Virus record (IMG/VR): IMGVR_UViG_3300042261_002385
Location: 186,001 to 250,000 of that record
DNA length: 64,000 nt
Strand: one strand, 5' to 3'
The notes beneath the pieces are model-generated. The model had not been told where the DNA came from. It saw only the letters and a program-made list of their open reading frames with translations, and searched no databases. The position numbers and the translations under genes were made by a program. Below, in pieces: positions 37,791 to 48,318 of the stretch; position 1 is the stretch's first letter, and each line of letters opens with the position of its first letter.

Positions 37791-38444
37791 ATGGCAAGAA
37801 AAATTGAAACTAATGTAGTGAAACCAGAAACTAAATTTGAATATTTAGGAAAAGAGTATTTACACATCGATAGTGAACAAGAACTTTTACTAGACTCAAA
37901 AATTGATTCAGTAAATCAATTCATGAAAAATAATTCAGGTAAAGGGAAAGAGTCTAAAGAACAAGATGCTCTTTATGGAGAGTCTCAAAAACTTTGGCAG
38001 AACTTCATAGCAACTTTAGAATCTACTAAATATAATTTCTACTTAAACAAAGACCAGTGGAAATTTTTAACAGATTTAATCTATTCTAAATTAGAGTATG
38101 ATGTAAATACAGTTTTCTTTGCACTAGAACTAAATCAGTTATTAACTGATATCAAATCTTCAAAATATACAGGAAATGAAATTATTCCTTTTCCAGTTAC
38201 TGCCACAGAAGTAACTTATATTTACCACTTGATTCAAAATCATAAAGTCAAAGGTTTAGGTAAAGACTCTTTACTGTTCTCACAAATTCTTTTGACTATA
38301 GGTGCAATTAGTAAGATTTTCAATTATTATGACGCAACTGGTAAAAATATGTCAAACGATATTCAAGACTGGGTTCTTACATTTGAAGAAGGAGTTTATA
38401 TGGAAGGAACCGTTCCAGCACATGTTCCGCAAATCACAGGATAG
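37791..38444 (+). CDS. Hypothetical protein
   Basis: 217-aa ORF followed by a terminator. Confidence 0.75.
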   Translation: MARKIETNVVKPETKFEYLGKEYLHIDSEQELLLDSKIDSVNQFMKNNSGKGKESKEQDALYGESQKLWQNFIATLESTKYNFYLNKDQWKFLTDLIYSKLEYDVNTVFFALELNQLLTDIKSSKYTGNEIIPFPVTATEVTYIYHLIQNHKVKGLGKDSLLFSQILLTIGAISKIFNYYDATGKNMSNDIQDWVLTFEEGVYMEGTVPAHVPQITG

Positions 38445-38462
38445 ACAAATAAATAAAATTCG

Positions 38463-38488
38463 AAACCCTCTTTTAAAGAGGGTTTTTT
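38463..38488. terminator. Bidirectional terminator
   Basis: AAACCCTCTT/AAGAGGGTTT plus T-run. Confidence 0.85.
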
Positions 38489-38492
38489 TATG

Positions 38493-41400
38493 CTAGTAAA
38501 CTGGAGTAATCGGAGTAAATGGACCCAATTTATCTATTGGTCTATAAGGTTCCGTAATATCTTTAGTTCCTTTCAAATAATAATTTTTATTATCAGCAAA
38601 TACAGCACCATAACCACTGTGAGATGTAACTTCAATTGTTATAAATGGATCAATATTCGAGTCAACAGTAAAATTAAATGGAAGTAAATTTGTCCCTTTT
38701 CTTTGCTCACTTATTATTTGAACCGGTTCATAATCTAATAGTTTCCACTCGGTAATCCTTAACCAACTTTGTGGATAGAATGATGGTGCAGTCGTTGACT
38801 GACCACCTAAACCAGAGAATACGTAAAACTCTCTTTGATACTCAACTACATCAGAGACTTTATATTTAGAACTTGGCTGCCAAGTCAAAACATTTTCATA
38901 CTTTCTTGGATTATTAAGCTTATTATTTGTCTTAGTAGACTCATAAAGTTTATCGAAGTAGATTACTTTATCTCCAACATCATACGTCACATAAGGAGCC
39001 CACTCTTTATATGTTTTATAAGTTCTGATTTTTATATCAAAGATATCAGGAGAAACAAGTTTGTTTGAAAACTCATAATATGGTTTTGGTTTATCAAGCA
39101 GTTCACCGTTACCATCAAGAATCTGATTTGGATTATAGTTAGCTCCTAAGTTTTCGATAATACTGTAAAACTCAATAACACAGTTATATACAGTAGAACC
39201 ACTATTTACTGGTGACAAATAAACTTCATTCATCTTAAATGTCACTGGTGTCATTTGTTCTTTTAATTTAAACATTTGACAATCATACATATTATGAGTA
39301 AGGTGATTTCCAGTTTCTACGTATGCATTACCCGTAATGTCTAATATTTTATGTGTTAAAGGAATAATATTTTTCTTAAGCCAATACTTAAGACCTTGTA
39401 ATTTTATTATAATTTCTTCTAAAGAATAATTTAGTATGTAGTTTCCTTCTTTGTCTGTTATGAAATAAGTTAGATTAAATGAATTAGTTGCTCTAAATTT
39501 ATCACTTGTTAAGTATTCACTTGTAATATAGTCTTTTTCGGTCCAACCTTTGACTGTATTGTCGAATATATCCGGTATTTCAATTTTAAACAATTGTCTA
39601 CCTCTATTCGTAAATATAGTTCTACCACTTGATAAAACTCTACCACCAGTTGAAACTGTTAGACTTCTATCTTGTAGTCCTTCGACTTGCTCATAATACT
39701 CATTTAATTGAAGATCATTATATCCAAAGTAGTTTATTGCATTTATTATCGATTTATAAGCACCGATATATGGATATATTACGTCTTTGGTCATCAACAT
39801 TTCTTTTCTCTTCATATTGAGATAAGTCCAATCGATACCGCCTTCGTTTATGTCATATTCTTTAAAAATGAAAACTTCATCTGGATTTATTAACTTTCCA
39901 ACATTTCCTAATTCAATTTTAAATCTTATATCTTCATCTTCTGTCTCACCGTAGGTTATAAATCGACCAATTTCTCTATCTCTCACAGTAAAAGTAGATT
40001 TTAGATAAGTCGTCTTTGTAACTTTCGGATAATCTACAAGTTTTGTATTTTCAGTAGCTAATGAGTCGAAAGCTGGACTAAAGAAATCAACAATTAATTG
40101 TTTACTGTAAACTTCTCTAATTTTTACAAAAAGTCCGTTATTTTCAGAAATGTATTGATTAAACTGATTAGTATTGTCTTTGATATAAATTGTTAGATGT
40201 TGACCAGCTTTTAGACCTCTTCCAGTGAAATTTTCGGTCGAAGTCTCATTAATCATGATTCTACCTCTCTTATCACCTTCTGGATCTAGCGTTTCAAATG
40301 TAACATTAGTAACAGAAGATGAAATTATATCAAATGATATTTCTTCTTTTTTATAAAGTTGCAAAACTGATCTTATAGCGCCCTCTTGTTCCGACCTAAA
40401 TCCTAAAAATAACTCTAAAGACTGAGCTTCAACTGAAACATCATCTGAATCATCTATATAACTTAGAGTGTATTCTATTTTATTGAAAACTGTCTGTTGT
40501 TCTTCTGGTAAATGTGTTCTATTTAAATCTCTATTAGGATTTTTGTTCAAATAAATCGTTGATAACGGTTTCTCACCTGTATATGCGTATGGACCTGTAG
40601 ATTCTAGTTGTTCACCAGAAAAGTCATACATAAAGAATTCCGGTGTTTGGTCTGTTAACCACTTCCAGTAATATTTTACGGCAATCTCACTTTCAAAGTT
40701 TTCTCTTGGTCTTCTAAAATAATCTCGAGTTTTTAGCCAGACACTTTCTTTAGGTTGATAATTTGCATCTAATGTTCCATAATTATTCTCAGCAATTTGC
40801 GAAAAAGTGCTAGCGACTTGAGTTATTATTTGATTAATCTCTACTTCTATTTCAACAAATGTATTAGAAGAGGCTTGATAAGTCCACATTGATTTTCTCT
40901 CTGGATTGTAAATAATTCTACCAGTTTGTGAAGATAAAGTCAACTCGTCTTTAATTTGTCCAGTTTCAGATGATATAATTACTATTTTTGTAATACCAGG
41001 ACTTTGAACACTCATGTAAACATCATTATCAAACTGACTGACTCCTAAATAACCATACTTATTAGTATAACCCAGTGTAGTATATGATGTCGTTCCTAAA
41101 TTTAGTATAGTGTAGTCACTATTAGAATCTGAAATATTTAACTGTGTGTAGTGATTGTTAAAGATCATATCTACAAAAGGTCTCGTGACTATTCCAGATA
41201 TTTGTTCATAAGCGTCGTTATCAATTTTCCAAAGACTAGCCGATCCATAAACATATATAGCCTCATAAACAGGGTCATAAAAGATACTATGAGTAAGACC
41301 AGGTATATCATAGCTTGTATTTTGAATAGTTTGATTAGGGTTGGTCAAGAAATTCTGAACAACTCCACCATTTACTCTAATTACTTCATTAAGCCCGGAA

Positions 41401-44390
41401 GGATTACCTTCAGTCGTAATATACATATCCCCCTCAAATTCATTGAAAACCATTGCACCTGTTCTGGTCGCTAGAGGAGGAAAGTTAGAAGTACTTGTGT
41501 TCAGTGTCACTGATGGAGATGAAGTTAAATTATCAAATTCCCAAATATCAACTCGAGCGGCGTTCTGATATGATACATAAACGTCTCCATTTACCGGATT
41601 AATTTCCATATCAAATGCATCATATGAAACACTACTAAATGTTATAGTTGTGATTAAAGTATTACTAGTAGGATCTACAACATATAGTTTCTTTTTAGAT
41701 AAACAATATAAGTAACTGTTAGTTGTATTTAATTCCATCTCTATACTCTGAGTGTTACCTGGTAAAGAAATAGTTGCGTTCAGTGTTCCAAAGTAAGCAT
41801 CAATTGACACTAAATAATCACCAAAACCAAATATCGAATTTGTAAGTTCAACATATTCGATATCAACAAGTCCTGGATATCCCTGATAGTAATTAGTTGT
41901 GTAAACATTAAATGTGCTTATGTAAATACTAAAACTTGGATCAAACATCGGTGGGTAATAAGGACCCATAACACTAGATGTTGGTGTTATAGGAACGATA
42001 CAAACTGATTGACTAAATCCAGAATCAAAACCGGTAACTTGATACGGCGAAACTAAACATGGATTAGCGGTTAATCCCCAAAAAGGACCTTGGTAACTTA
42101 AATTCATTGTATGAGGCTCAAGATATTGAATTACAAAGTCTTGATTTACGTAAGTATAAAAAGTGTTGTTTATTGTAAGAGCCATTCCTGTTGAAAAACC
42201 AGCATTTTCAAAACTAAAAGTTGAAGATGACGGTAATATAATCTCATTAGATGCGACCAGAACTCCTGGATTACCAGATAAATTTGTCTGTATAGTATAA
42301 TCCGGTAAACCAGGTAAAGTTGTTCTACCAGTTGTGATTGTGTAGTCTAAATTCAAACCAGCTGCTGAAAGTCTTGGACCCGGATCCAATAAATCAAATT
42401 TTAGTAATGTGTTATATGCTTTGACTTGAACAGAGTGAAGTTCAGCCACTGTCGATGAATATCTATCTTCCCAATCAGCAAGCGCAGTAGATATTGATAG
42501 AGTAGCACCTACTGTTGATACAGTAAAACCATAATCCTCACCATCAATATTGATGTTGAGATAAGTTCCCATATTTGAAAAAAGAACTTTTGAGTGCTCT
42601 AAATAATAAAAAGCAGTAGTTCCAACTTGTATGTCATTAAGTTGAACCTCGACATTTGGATATTCAGATTTGATAACAATTGAATTATAGAAAACAGATG
42701 TGAAACTTCCAGTATACTTTAACTCGACTAAAACACCTAATGCCATCAAATCCACATACCAACGTTTCAACCAGTTTCTAAGAGTTTTATCAATGGTTCT
42801 TTCCATATCTATGTAAGCACCAGAATAGATTAGAACAGCCTCTTCATCGTAAATTTGATTATTAATGACAAGCTTTATACCGAATTCATCTATATCGGTA
42901 AAAACTACTACATATTTCTGATTCTCAGAATAATTGTAGTTCAATTCGGTATTCAATTTTTCAGTAACTTCTACTATCCTTTCAACTGTTTCATTTACAG
43001 TTCCAATCGAATAAGTTGGACCAATATTAGTATGATAAAAATTGACAATTGCGTACTTAGACGGATATTTTAGATCAGCTTTAAGTTTTTTATTGGCATA
43101 ATACAAATCTATGTTAAAAATTTCTAAGTTTGATTTATATTTCTGAGCAAAAGAAGCCAAAGTTGTTTCTGCTGAGTAGGTCCATCCATAAGTATAATAA
43201 TATCTATCAGATGTCAGGAATATTTGAGCACTTAGAAGATCTTCATAAGCAAAACTGTTTTCTACACCAACATATGTTGGATTTGACCAATAGTCAGTAT
43301 TTTCAGGAGTTATATTAGAAGTAGCCAAATTACTTATGCTTTGTGTATAAGACGTGATACATTGATAAATTTTACCATTCCAAATTACTTGGTCTTCAAC
43401 ATTAAAAGCTGTAGTAGTGGTTATATTTCTAAAATCTCGAATAGAGGCTACTCTATAAAAATTAGTAGCGGAAGACTGACTTGCTACGATTTTGAACTCT
43501 ATACCAGGCTTAAGTGTCTGAGGATATCTCAATAATTCTTTGATTTCTATCCTATTACCAGTAAGTGTCATACCACCTTGATACACTAGTGGTACATCAG
43601 TTCTTGTGAGAACCTCCATCACCAAATTTGTGCCTTGTGGAAGAGAGGTTCTATCTAATGAGTATTCAAAATGAGTCAGGTCATTAAATGTAGAATTAGT
43701 GACTGTTATTATACCATCATTATGTTCACTACCAATTACATTAATTTTTCTACCGACGTAGTATTCATCAAAAAATTCTCTTTCGTTCCATAAAGATAGC
43801 TTTGGCATATAATTAGCATCTCTGTAGTCATAAACACCAAACGCATTTACGCCAGAAATTGTCACGTCCAAATAGCTATCTACTTCTACATATTGAGGTT
43901 GATATTGTGCTTCAAATGTAGCATTATCAATAAATGAAACAATCATTATTTTACTTGGTCCTGTTGAAATTACAGTGAAAGCTTGATTAGGATTATTAAA
44001 TTCTAAGAATGGTGTATTAAATTTTATTAAAGACCCGACAGGATATTTTCTGTCAAAATTATCACCATATATCCACTTAGTATAGAAATTAGGATCGTTG
44101 TTTACTGGTTCCATTTTTGTGACCGGGTCTTCAGCTTTGTAGCCGGTGCCATAAAAATGAAAACCTTTCTCATTAAATAGTTGAAACTTTTTAGTCGATA
44201 ATTCCCCAGGAATTTCATACTCAAAAGAAGGTATGTTTTCTAAGGTATAGATAGCAGCTGTTTTATATGTATCGGTAGAATTTTTATGAAAAAGTATGTC
44301 TCCTTCAAAACGGTCTGTAGATTCATTATATTTAAAATTTAAATAATCACCCTCTTTATTGAAGAAGAACAATTTTTTGTGATTTGACAT
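38493..44390 (-). CDS. Large baseplate/tail structural protein with beta-propeller and carbohydrate-binding-like repeats
   Basis: 1965 aa; YVTN-like blades (LYVVDPTSNTLITTI); CBM5/12-like repeats (WAPYVTYDVGDKV, WQPSSKYKVSDVV); YIGAYKSIINAINYFG wedge-like segment. Confidence 0.7.
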   Translation of the reverse strand: MSNHKKLFFFNKEGDYLNFKYNESTDRFEGDILFHKNSTDTYKTAAIYTLENIPSFEYEIPGELSTKKFQLFNEKGFHFYGTGYKAEDPVTKMEPVNNDPNFYTKWIYGDNFDRKYPVGSLIKFNTPFLEFNNPNQAFTVISTGPSKIMIVSFIDNATFEAQYQPQYVEVDSYLDVTISGVNAFGVYDYRDANYMPKLSLWNEREFFDEYYVGRKINVIGSEHNDGIITVTNSTFNDLTHFEYSLDRTSLPQGTNLVMEVLTRTDVPLVYQGGMTLTGNRIEIKELLRYPQTLKPGIEFKIVASQSSATNFYRVASIRDFRNITTTTAFNVEDQVIWNGKIYQCITSYTQSISNLATSNITPENTDYWSNPTYVGVENSFAYEDLLSAQIFLTSDRYYYTYGWTYSAETTLASFAQKYKSNLEIFNIDLYYANKKLKADLKYPSKYAIVNFYHTNIGPTYSIGTVNETVERIVEVTEKLNTELNYNYSENQKYVVVFTDIDEFGIKLVINNQIYDEEAVLIYSGAYIDMERTIDKTLRNWLKRWYVDLMALGVLVELKYTGSFTSVFYNSIVIKSEYPNVEVQLNDIQVGTTAFYYLEHSKVLFSNMGTYLNINIDGEDYGFTVSTVGATLSISTALADWEDRYSSTVAELHSVQVKAYNTLLKFDLLDPGPRLSAAGLNLDYTITTGRTTLPGLPDYTIQTNLSGNPGVLVASNEIILPSSSTFSFENAGFSTGMALTINNTFYTYVNQDFVIQYLEPHTMNLSYQGPFWGLTANPCLVSPYQVTGFDSGFSQSVCIVPITPTSSVMGPYYPPMFDPSFSIYISTFNVYTTNYYQGYPGLVDIEYVELTNSIFGFGDYLVSIDAYFGTLNATISLPGNTQSIEMELNTTNSYLYCLSKKKLYVVDPTSNTLITTITFSSVSYDAFDMEINPVNGDVYVSYQNAARVDIWEFDNLTSSPSVTLNTSTSNFPPLATRTGAMVFNEFEGDMYITTEGNPSGLNEVIRVNGGVVQNFLTNPNQTIQNTSYDIPGLTHSIFYDPVYEAIYVYGSASLWKIDNDAYEQISGIVTRPFVDMIFNNHYTQLNISDSNSDYTILNLGTTSYTTLGYTNKYGYLGVSQFDNDVYMSVQSPGITKIVIISSETGQIKDELTLSSQTGRIIYNPERKSMWTYQASSNTFVEIEVEINQIITQVASTFSQIAENNYGTLDANYQPKESVWLKTRDYFRRPRENFESEIAVKYYWKWLTDQTPEFFMYDFSGEQLESTGPYAYTGEKPLSTIYLNKNPNRDLNRTHLPEEQQTVFNKIEYTLSYIDDSDDVSVEAQSLELFLGFRSEQEGAIRSVLQLYKKEEISFDIISSSVTNVTFETLDPEGDKRGRIMINETSTENFTGRGLKAGQHLTIYIKDNTNQFNQYISENNGLFVKIREVYSKQLIVDFFSPAFDSLATENTKLVDYPKVTKTTYLKSTFTVRDREIGRFITYGETEDEDIRFKIELGNVGKLINPDEVFIFKEYDINEGGIDWTYLNMKRKEMLMTKDVIYPYIGAYKSIINAINYFGYNDLQLNEYYEQVEGLQDRSLTVSTGGRVLSSGRTIFTNRGRQLFKIEIPDIFDNTVKGWTEKDYITSEYLTSDKFRATNSFNLTYFITDKEGNYILNYSLEEIIIKLQGLKYWLKKNIIPLTHKILDITGNAYVETGNHLTHNMYDCQMFKLKEQMTPVTFKMNEVYLSPVNSGSTVYNCVIEFYSIIENLGANYNPNQILDGNGELLDKPKPYYEFSNKLVSPDIFDIKIRTYKTYKEWAPYVTYDVGDKVIYFDKLYESTKTNNKLNNPRKYENVLTWQPSSKYKVSDVVEYQREFYVFSGLGGQSTTAPSFYPQSWLRITEWKLLDYEPVQIISEQRKGTNLLPFNFTVDSNIDPFITIEVTSHSGYGAVFADNKNYYLKGTKDITEPYRPIDKLGPFTPITPVY

Positions 44391-44458
44391 CTAATATTAT
44401 GACTTTTGATTATATATTAATTTTACATTTCTCAATCAAATAAAATAATATATAAGGT

Positions 44459-44824
44459 ATGAGTAAAATTCATAATTATGATGATTTTCTAAATGAAGAG
44501 TTTTTTAGAAAAATATTTAAAAGTGGCAAAAAAGCATCACAAAAGTCTAAAATAGATTCTTGTGTTGAAGAAATTATGAATTTTCTTAATGAAAATGGAA
44601 TCTATACTTGGGATGACTTTCTTTACTCTAAGAAGGCTGATAAATATATCATAAACAAAATAATTGACGGATCAACGTCAAATATGAAAGAGTTAGAAGA
44701 AGTTAGATTTAAATTAAGACTTGAATTATCAAGCAGACAACAATTAAAAGATTATCTTAAAGAATTAGAATCAAATGAAGAGTATGAAAAATGTGCTCTC
44801 ATAGTAAAAAAACTAAGTAATTAG
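44459..44824 (+). CDS. CTS-tagged protein with C-terminal UVR-like motif
   Basis: MSKIHNYDDFLNEE; ESNEEYEKCALI. Confidence 0.7.
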   Translation: MSKIHNYDDFLNEEFFRKIFKSGKKASQKSKIDSCVEEIMNFLNENGIYTWDDFLYSKKADKYIINKIIDGSTSNMKELEEVRFKLRLELSSRQQLKDYLKELESNEEYEKCALIVKKLSN

Positions 44825-44861
44825 TGACCATAATCAATATTTAAAAAAAATAACTCAATAT

Positions 44862-45815
44862 ATGAAAGTTAAAAAATTTAGTAAAGAAAATAAAAAGAAA
44901 GAAGCAGAAGAAATTGTTTTTAAAGCTAAATCTTTAGAAAAGGATAAAGAAGAAAAGCCAGGTTTTAAAACATCTGTAGATGACCAAGAAAAAACCGAAA
45001 AAGAATTTAAAAAACAATTAGACAAAATAGAAAAGTTTGAGTCTTTCATTACTATAAATATAGACCATGTGGACAATATTGACTGTGAAAACGAATATGA
45101 ATTTTCAGATGACGATGAATCAGAAGAAGATGATAGCGAAGAAAGTGAAACTTCAGGATGTGGATGTTGTAATGACTGCACAGGTGAAGAAGATTGCTAC
45201 TGTGGATGTGAAGATTGTAAATGTGGTGATGAGAATATACAAAAAGCCTCTGATTTTGTAAATGTTATATTTTCAGAAAGCCTTAAATACCACTTAGAGA
45301 ATAATAAACCGATAACCGAAAACATTTATAGACCAGGATCTAAAGCGTTTTATGATGTAATTAAAGAAACTCGTCACTTTTTTGAATTAGGTAAAATTAA
45401 ACTTTGTGATATAGATAAACAAATCTTTGAATCAACTGATATTGGTAAATTCGGATGGTTTAATGGTGAACTAGTTCCATTAGACCTACCTATGGAAAAT
45501 ATCATTGAAGTAAATGAGGCTGAATATCATGGAAAAAAAGTGAAACTAAATCATCCGATGAGAAATACAGGTTCTGGCAAGAAATACTATGTATATGTTA
45601 AAAATCCTAAAACTAAGAAAATAATCCGTGTGAATTTTGGTGACGTAAAAGGTGGTCTGACTGCTAAAGTAAGTGACGCCGAAGCAAGAAGAAACTTTGC
45701 TTCAAGACATAAATGTTCAACTAAGAAAGATAAGACTAAACCAGGATATTGGGCATGTAGAATCAACAAATATGGACATTTGTTTGGAGGTAAAACTTAT
45801 CCTGGATTCTGGTAA
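44862..45815 (+). CDS. Modular protein: charged N-terminus, Cys-rich cluster, conserved basic C-terminal phage domain
   Basis: KIEKFESFI; CGCCNDC...CYCGCEDCKC; EAEYHGKKVKLN...VNFGD...RHKC...PGYWAC. Confidence 0.75.
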   Translation: MKVKKFSKENKKKEAEEIVFKAKSLEKDKEEKPGFKTSVDDQEKTEKEFKKQLDKIEKFESFITINIDHVDNIDCENEYEFSDDDESEEDDSEESETSGCGCCNDCTGEEDCYCGCEDCKCGDENIQKASDFVNVIFSESLKYHLENNKPITENIYRPGSKAFYDVIKETRHFFELGKIKLCDIDKQIFESTDIGKFGWFNGELVPLDLPMENIIEVNEAEYHGKKVKLNHPMRNTGSGKKYYVYVKNPKTKKIIRVNFGDVKGGLTAKVSDAEARRNFASRHKCSTKKDKTKPGYWACRINKYGHLFGGKTYPGFW

Positions 45816-45817
45816 TT

Positions 45818-46231
45818 ATGAAACACTTAAAATCATATGAATTATTTGAATCCGTTGATAAGACTTTTGTTAAAGACTTTTTAACAGATTTCGGTACTCT
45901 TATCTCACTAAACTTTAGTCAAATTACAAAAATGGGTAAGGATGAAAATTCAACAAAAGAACTTACTCTTATGATGCAACAACTTAGAAAGCCTATAATA
46001 AATGGACAAACTTATTTTGATTTCCTGAAAGATAATATTAATACAATTCCAAACAATCCTAAATTACTTTCATCTCTTTTAGGTATTATTAGAGATTTTT
46101 TAATTTATATCGAACCAAGAATTAAACAATTTGTAACTGATGAACCAGTGAAAAATGGCATAAATTACAAAGAAGCTTGGTTAAAAAGGATAGATAAAAT
46201 TAAAAATGACTATAAATTGATAATTAATTAA
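45818..46231 (+). CDS. CTS-tagged hypothetical protein
   Basis: MKHLKSYELFES. Confidence 0.75.
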   Translation: MKHLKSYELFESVDKTFVKDFLTDFGTLISLNFSQITKMGKDENSTKELTLMMQQLRKPIINGQTYFDFLKDNINTIPNNPKLLSSLLGIIRDFLIYIEPRIKQFVTDEPVKNGINYKEAWLKRIDKIKNDYKLIIN

Positions 46232-46232
46232 T

Positions 46233-46502
46233 ATGTTACCATTTCAAGAAACTAAATTAAGCGATAATAAGTTTATCAGAGTCTTCAGTCAATATACTGA
46301 CTCTGGAGAGTTCATGTGGCACAGAGATTATGAAGATAGAATAATTGAATCAATTAATGAAACTGATTGGAAAATTCAGATTGATAATGAACTTCCAATT
46401 AAAATAGATGGTAAAGTCTTTATCCCGAAAGGAGTTTACCACAGATTAATAAAAGGAAATGGTGATTTGAAAATTAATCTAACAAAGCTGAACTTAAGTT
46501 AA
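46233..46502 (+). CDS. Small cupin-like protein
   Basis: WHRDYEDR...FIPKGVYHRLIKG cupin motifs. Confidence 0.7.
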   Translation: MLPFQETKLSDNKFIRVFSQYTDSGEFMWHRDYEDRIIESINETDWKIQIDNELPIKIDGKVFIPKGVYHRLIKGNGDLKINLTKLNLS

Positions 46503-46665
46503 ATCTTTTTTCAATAAACTTATTCAACTCTATACACTTTTCAAATTCATCTAATTCTGCTAATTTTTCAACTACTTTATTTAGATATTTTTTGGTATAA
46601 ATTTTAAGTTCTTTAGAATATGGTTTTCCAGATATACACCGGTCATAGACTTCAATAGGATTCAT
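46474..46665 (-). CDS. Small hypothetical protein with UVR-like motif
   Basis: ELDEFEKCIEL; directly follows the gp47-like gene. Confidence 0.6.
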   Translation of the reverse strand: MNPIEVYDRCISGKPYSKELKIYTKKYLNKVVEKLAELDEFEKCIELNKFIEKRFNLSSALLD

Positions 46666-46666
46666 T

Positions 46667-47794
46667 TTAATCGTTTTGTGCGTTATAGTTGTCTTTAAAA
46701 ATTTTAATTATTTCATCAAATTCAGAAATTAATCCCGATTTGAACTTCTCGTTATCATATTTTTGTTTCAAAATATATTCTTTTACATAATCCTCATAAT
46801 CAAGAGAAATTGAAATATCCATAGTCTCTTCGTCTATTTCAACAGACTCGTTGAGTTCTTCATCATCTTGTAATTCTTTTGTAATATCATCAATATATTC
46901 AACAGAAGCAAAATTACTCTTTTCTAAGATTATTTCCAATTTTCTACGTAGTTTTCTATTAGAAATTAATAAATTATTAGATATAGCAATATCTATATAA
47001 TCTTTTGAATCCTTCAAAGATTCTAGTAATTGAACACCATCTTCATCAACAACTCTGACTTTTTTGAAAACAGGAGATATCATATTAGCAATAAACTCTG
47101 TTTCTCCTGTCTCGGTATCAAGAACTGTGATACCTTTCTGGTCTCCGAAATCATTCCTATCCATTTGAAAATTAGAACCAATAAATTCAAAGTTTTTATT
47201 TACCTGTCGAATATGAATGTGTCCGGAAAATACTCTTTTAAATGATGTGAAGTCTTCGATATCAATTTTATCAGAATTTCTATGACTTACTGATGTTAAG
47301 TGCATACGACAACCATTCAAATCAGAGTGACAGAAAAGATAGTCACTATCTTTATTTTGATTAATTAGTTTAATTTGTTCTAATCTTTTTTCAATGAAAG
47401 GCATCAAACAAAGTTTCAATCCACTAAATTCAATCTGAGTAGTTTTATCATAGATATAGACATTCGGAATCCATTTAAATGGCCTTACTGTATTAATTTC
47501 ATCAGAACTCTTACTCCAACAATCATGATTTCCAATGATTATGTGTAGAGGTGCTATTTTTGAAATCTCTTCAACTACATCCATACCATAGTTTAGAAGG
47601 TTGATTGGAATTACATTTCTATTATCAAAAAGGTCTCCGAGGTGTAAAATCATATCACCTGGTTTTACTCTATCTTTTAACAGAGGAATTAGGAACTGTG
47701 AGAAGTATTGTTGATGAACTTTATACCACTTATCCACTGAATTAGGATAACCTAATCCTATATGAGAGTCACCAATTAGGTATATTTTTGCCAT
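46667..47794 (-). CDS. gp47: T4 gp47/SbcD/Mre11-like recombination nuclease
   Basis: GDSH, LGDLFD, GNHD, CHSD, SGHIH metallophosphoesterase motifs. Confidence 0.92.
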   Translation of the reverse strand: MAKIYLIGDSHIGLGYPNSVDKWYKVHQQYFSQFLIPLLKDRVKPGDMILHLGDLFDNRNVIPINLLNYGMDVVEEISKIAPLHIIIGNHDCWSKSSDEINTVRPFKWIPNVYIYDKTTQIEFSGLKLCLMPFIEKRLEQIKLINQNKDSDYLFCHSDLNGCRMHLTSVSHRNSDKIDIEDFTSFKRVFSGHIHIRQVNKNFEFIGSNFQMDRNDFGDQKGITVLDTETGETEFIANMISPVFKKVRVVDEDGVQLLESLKDSKDYIDIAISNNLLISNRKLRRKLEIILEKSNFASVEYIDDITKELQDDEELNESVEIDEETMDISISLDYEDYVKEYILKQKYDNEKFKSGLISEFDEIIKIFKDNYNAQND

Positions 47795-47846
47795 ATAAAT
47801 AAAACTATTTTTGCTTAGTATATATAGTCACAATTATTAAAATAGT

Positions 47847-48194
47847 TTACTCTACAGTCGTGTCTTTTCTTCGTGCCTCTCTAGCACATTTTTCACATCC
47901 TCTACCAGAATAAAGATGAGCATCCGGAGTTTGTTCAAATTCACCGTGAATAGGACATATTATCTTAACTTTTGTTCTACAGTTTTCATATAAAACTAAG
48001 TCATAATTATATTTATCTTTATGTTTTTCTTTTGATCTATTTATAAAATCTCTACTTTTTTTGCTCTTTCTTTTAAGAGCAGCAAGTTCTCTTGATATAG
48101 CCTTTTCTTTAGATTTACAATTCTTATTACAGAATCTTCTATCAGGTCTACCATACTTAATTTCTTTACCACAATATCTGTAATTACAGTTCAT
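47847..48194 (-). CDS. Zinc-finger protein with DUF723-like module (homing-endonuclease accessory type, no nuclease domain seen)
   Basis: CNYRYC...FCNKNC; KVKIICPIHGEFEQTPDAHLYSGRGCEKC. Confidence 0.7.
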   Translation of the reverse strand: MNCNYRYCGKEIKYGRPDRRFCNKNCKSKEKAISRELAALKRKSKKSRDFINRSKEKHKDKYNYDLVLYENCRTKVKIICPIHGEFEQTPDAHLYSGRGCEKCAREARRKDTTVE

Positions 48195-48318
48195 AATAAA
48201 TATCTATTAAATCTAAAAAGTGGAAAAGGCAATTTTGACAACATAATTGTCAATAATAGAACTAAAGAGACTTCAGAGAAAAATATATAAATTATAACAA
48301 AAAATAATTTAAAAAAAT

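Noticed and set aside
47847-48194. Active homing endonuclease
   Set aside because: Only zinc-finger/DUF723-like modules; no HNH, GIY-YIG or PD-(D/E)XK motif seen
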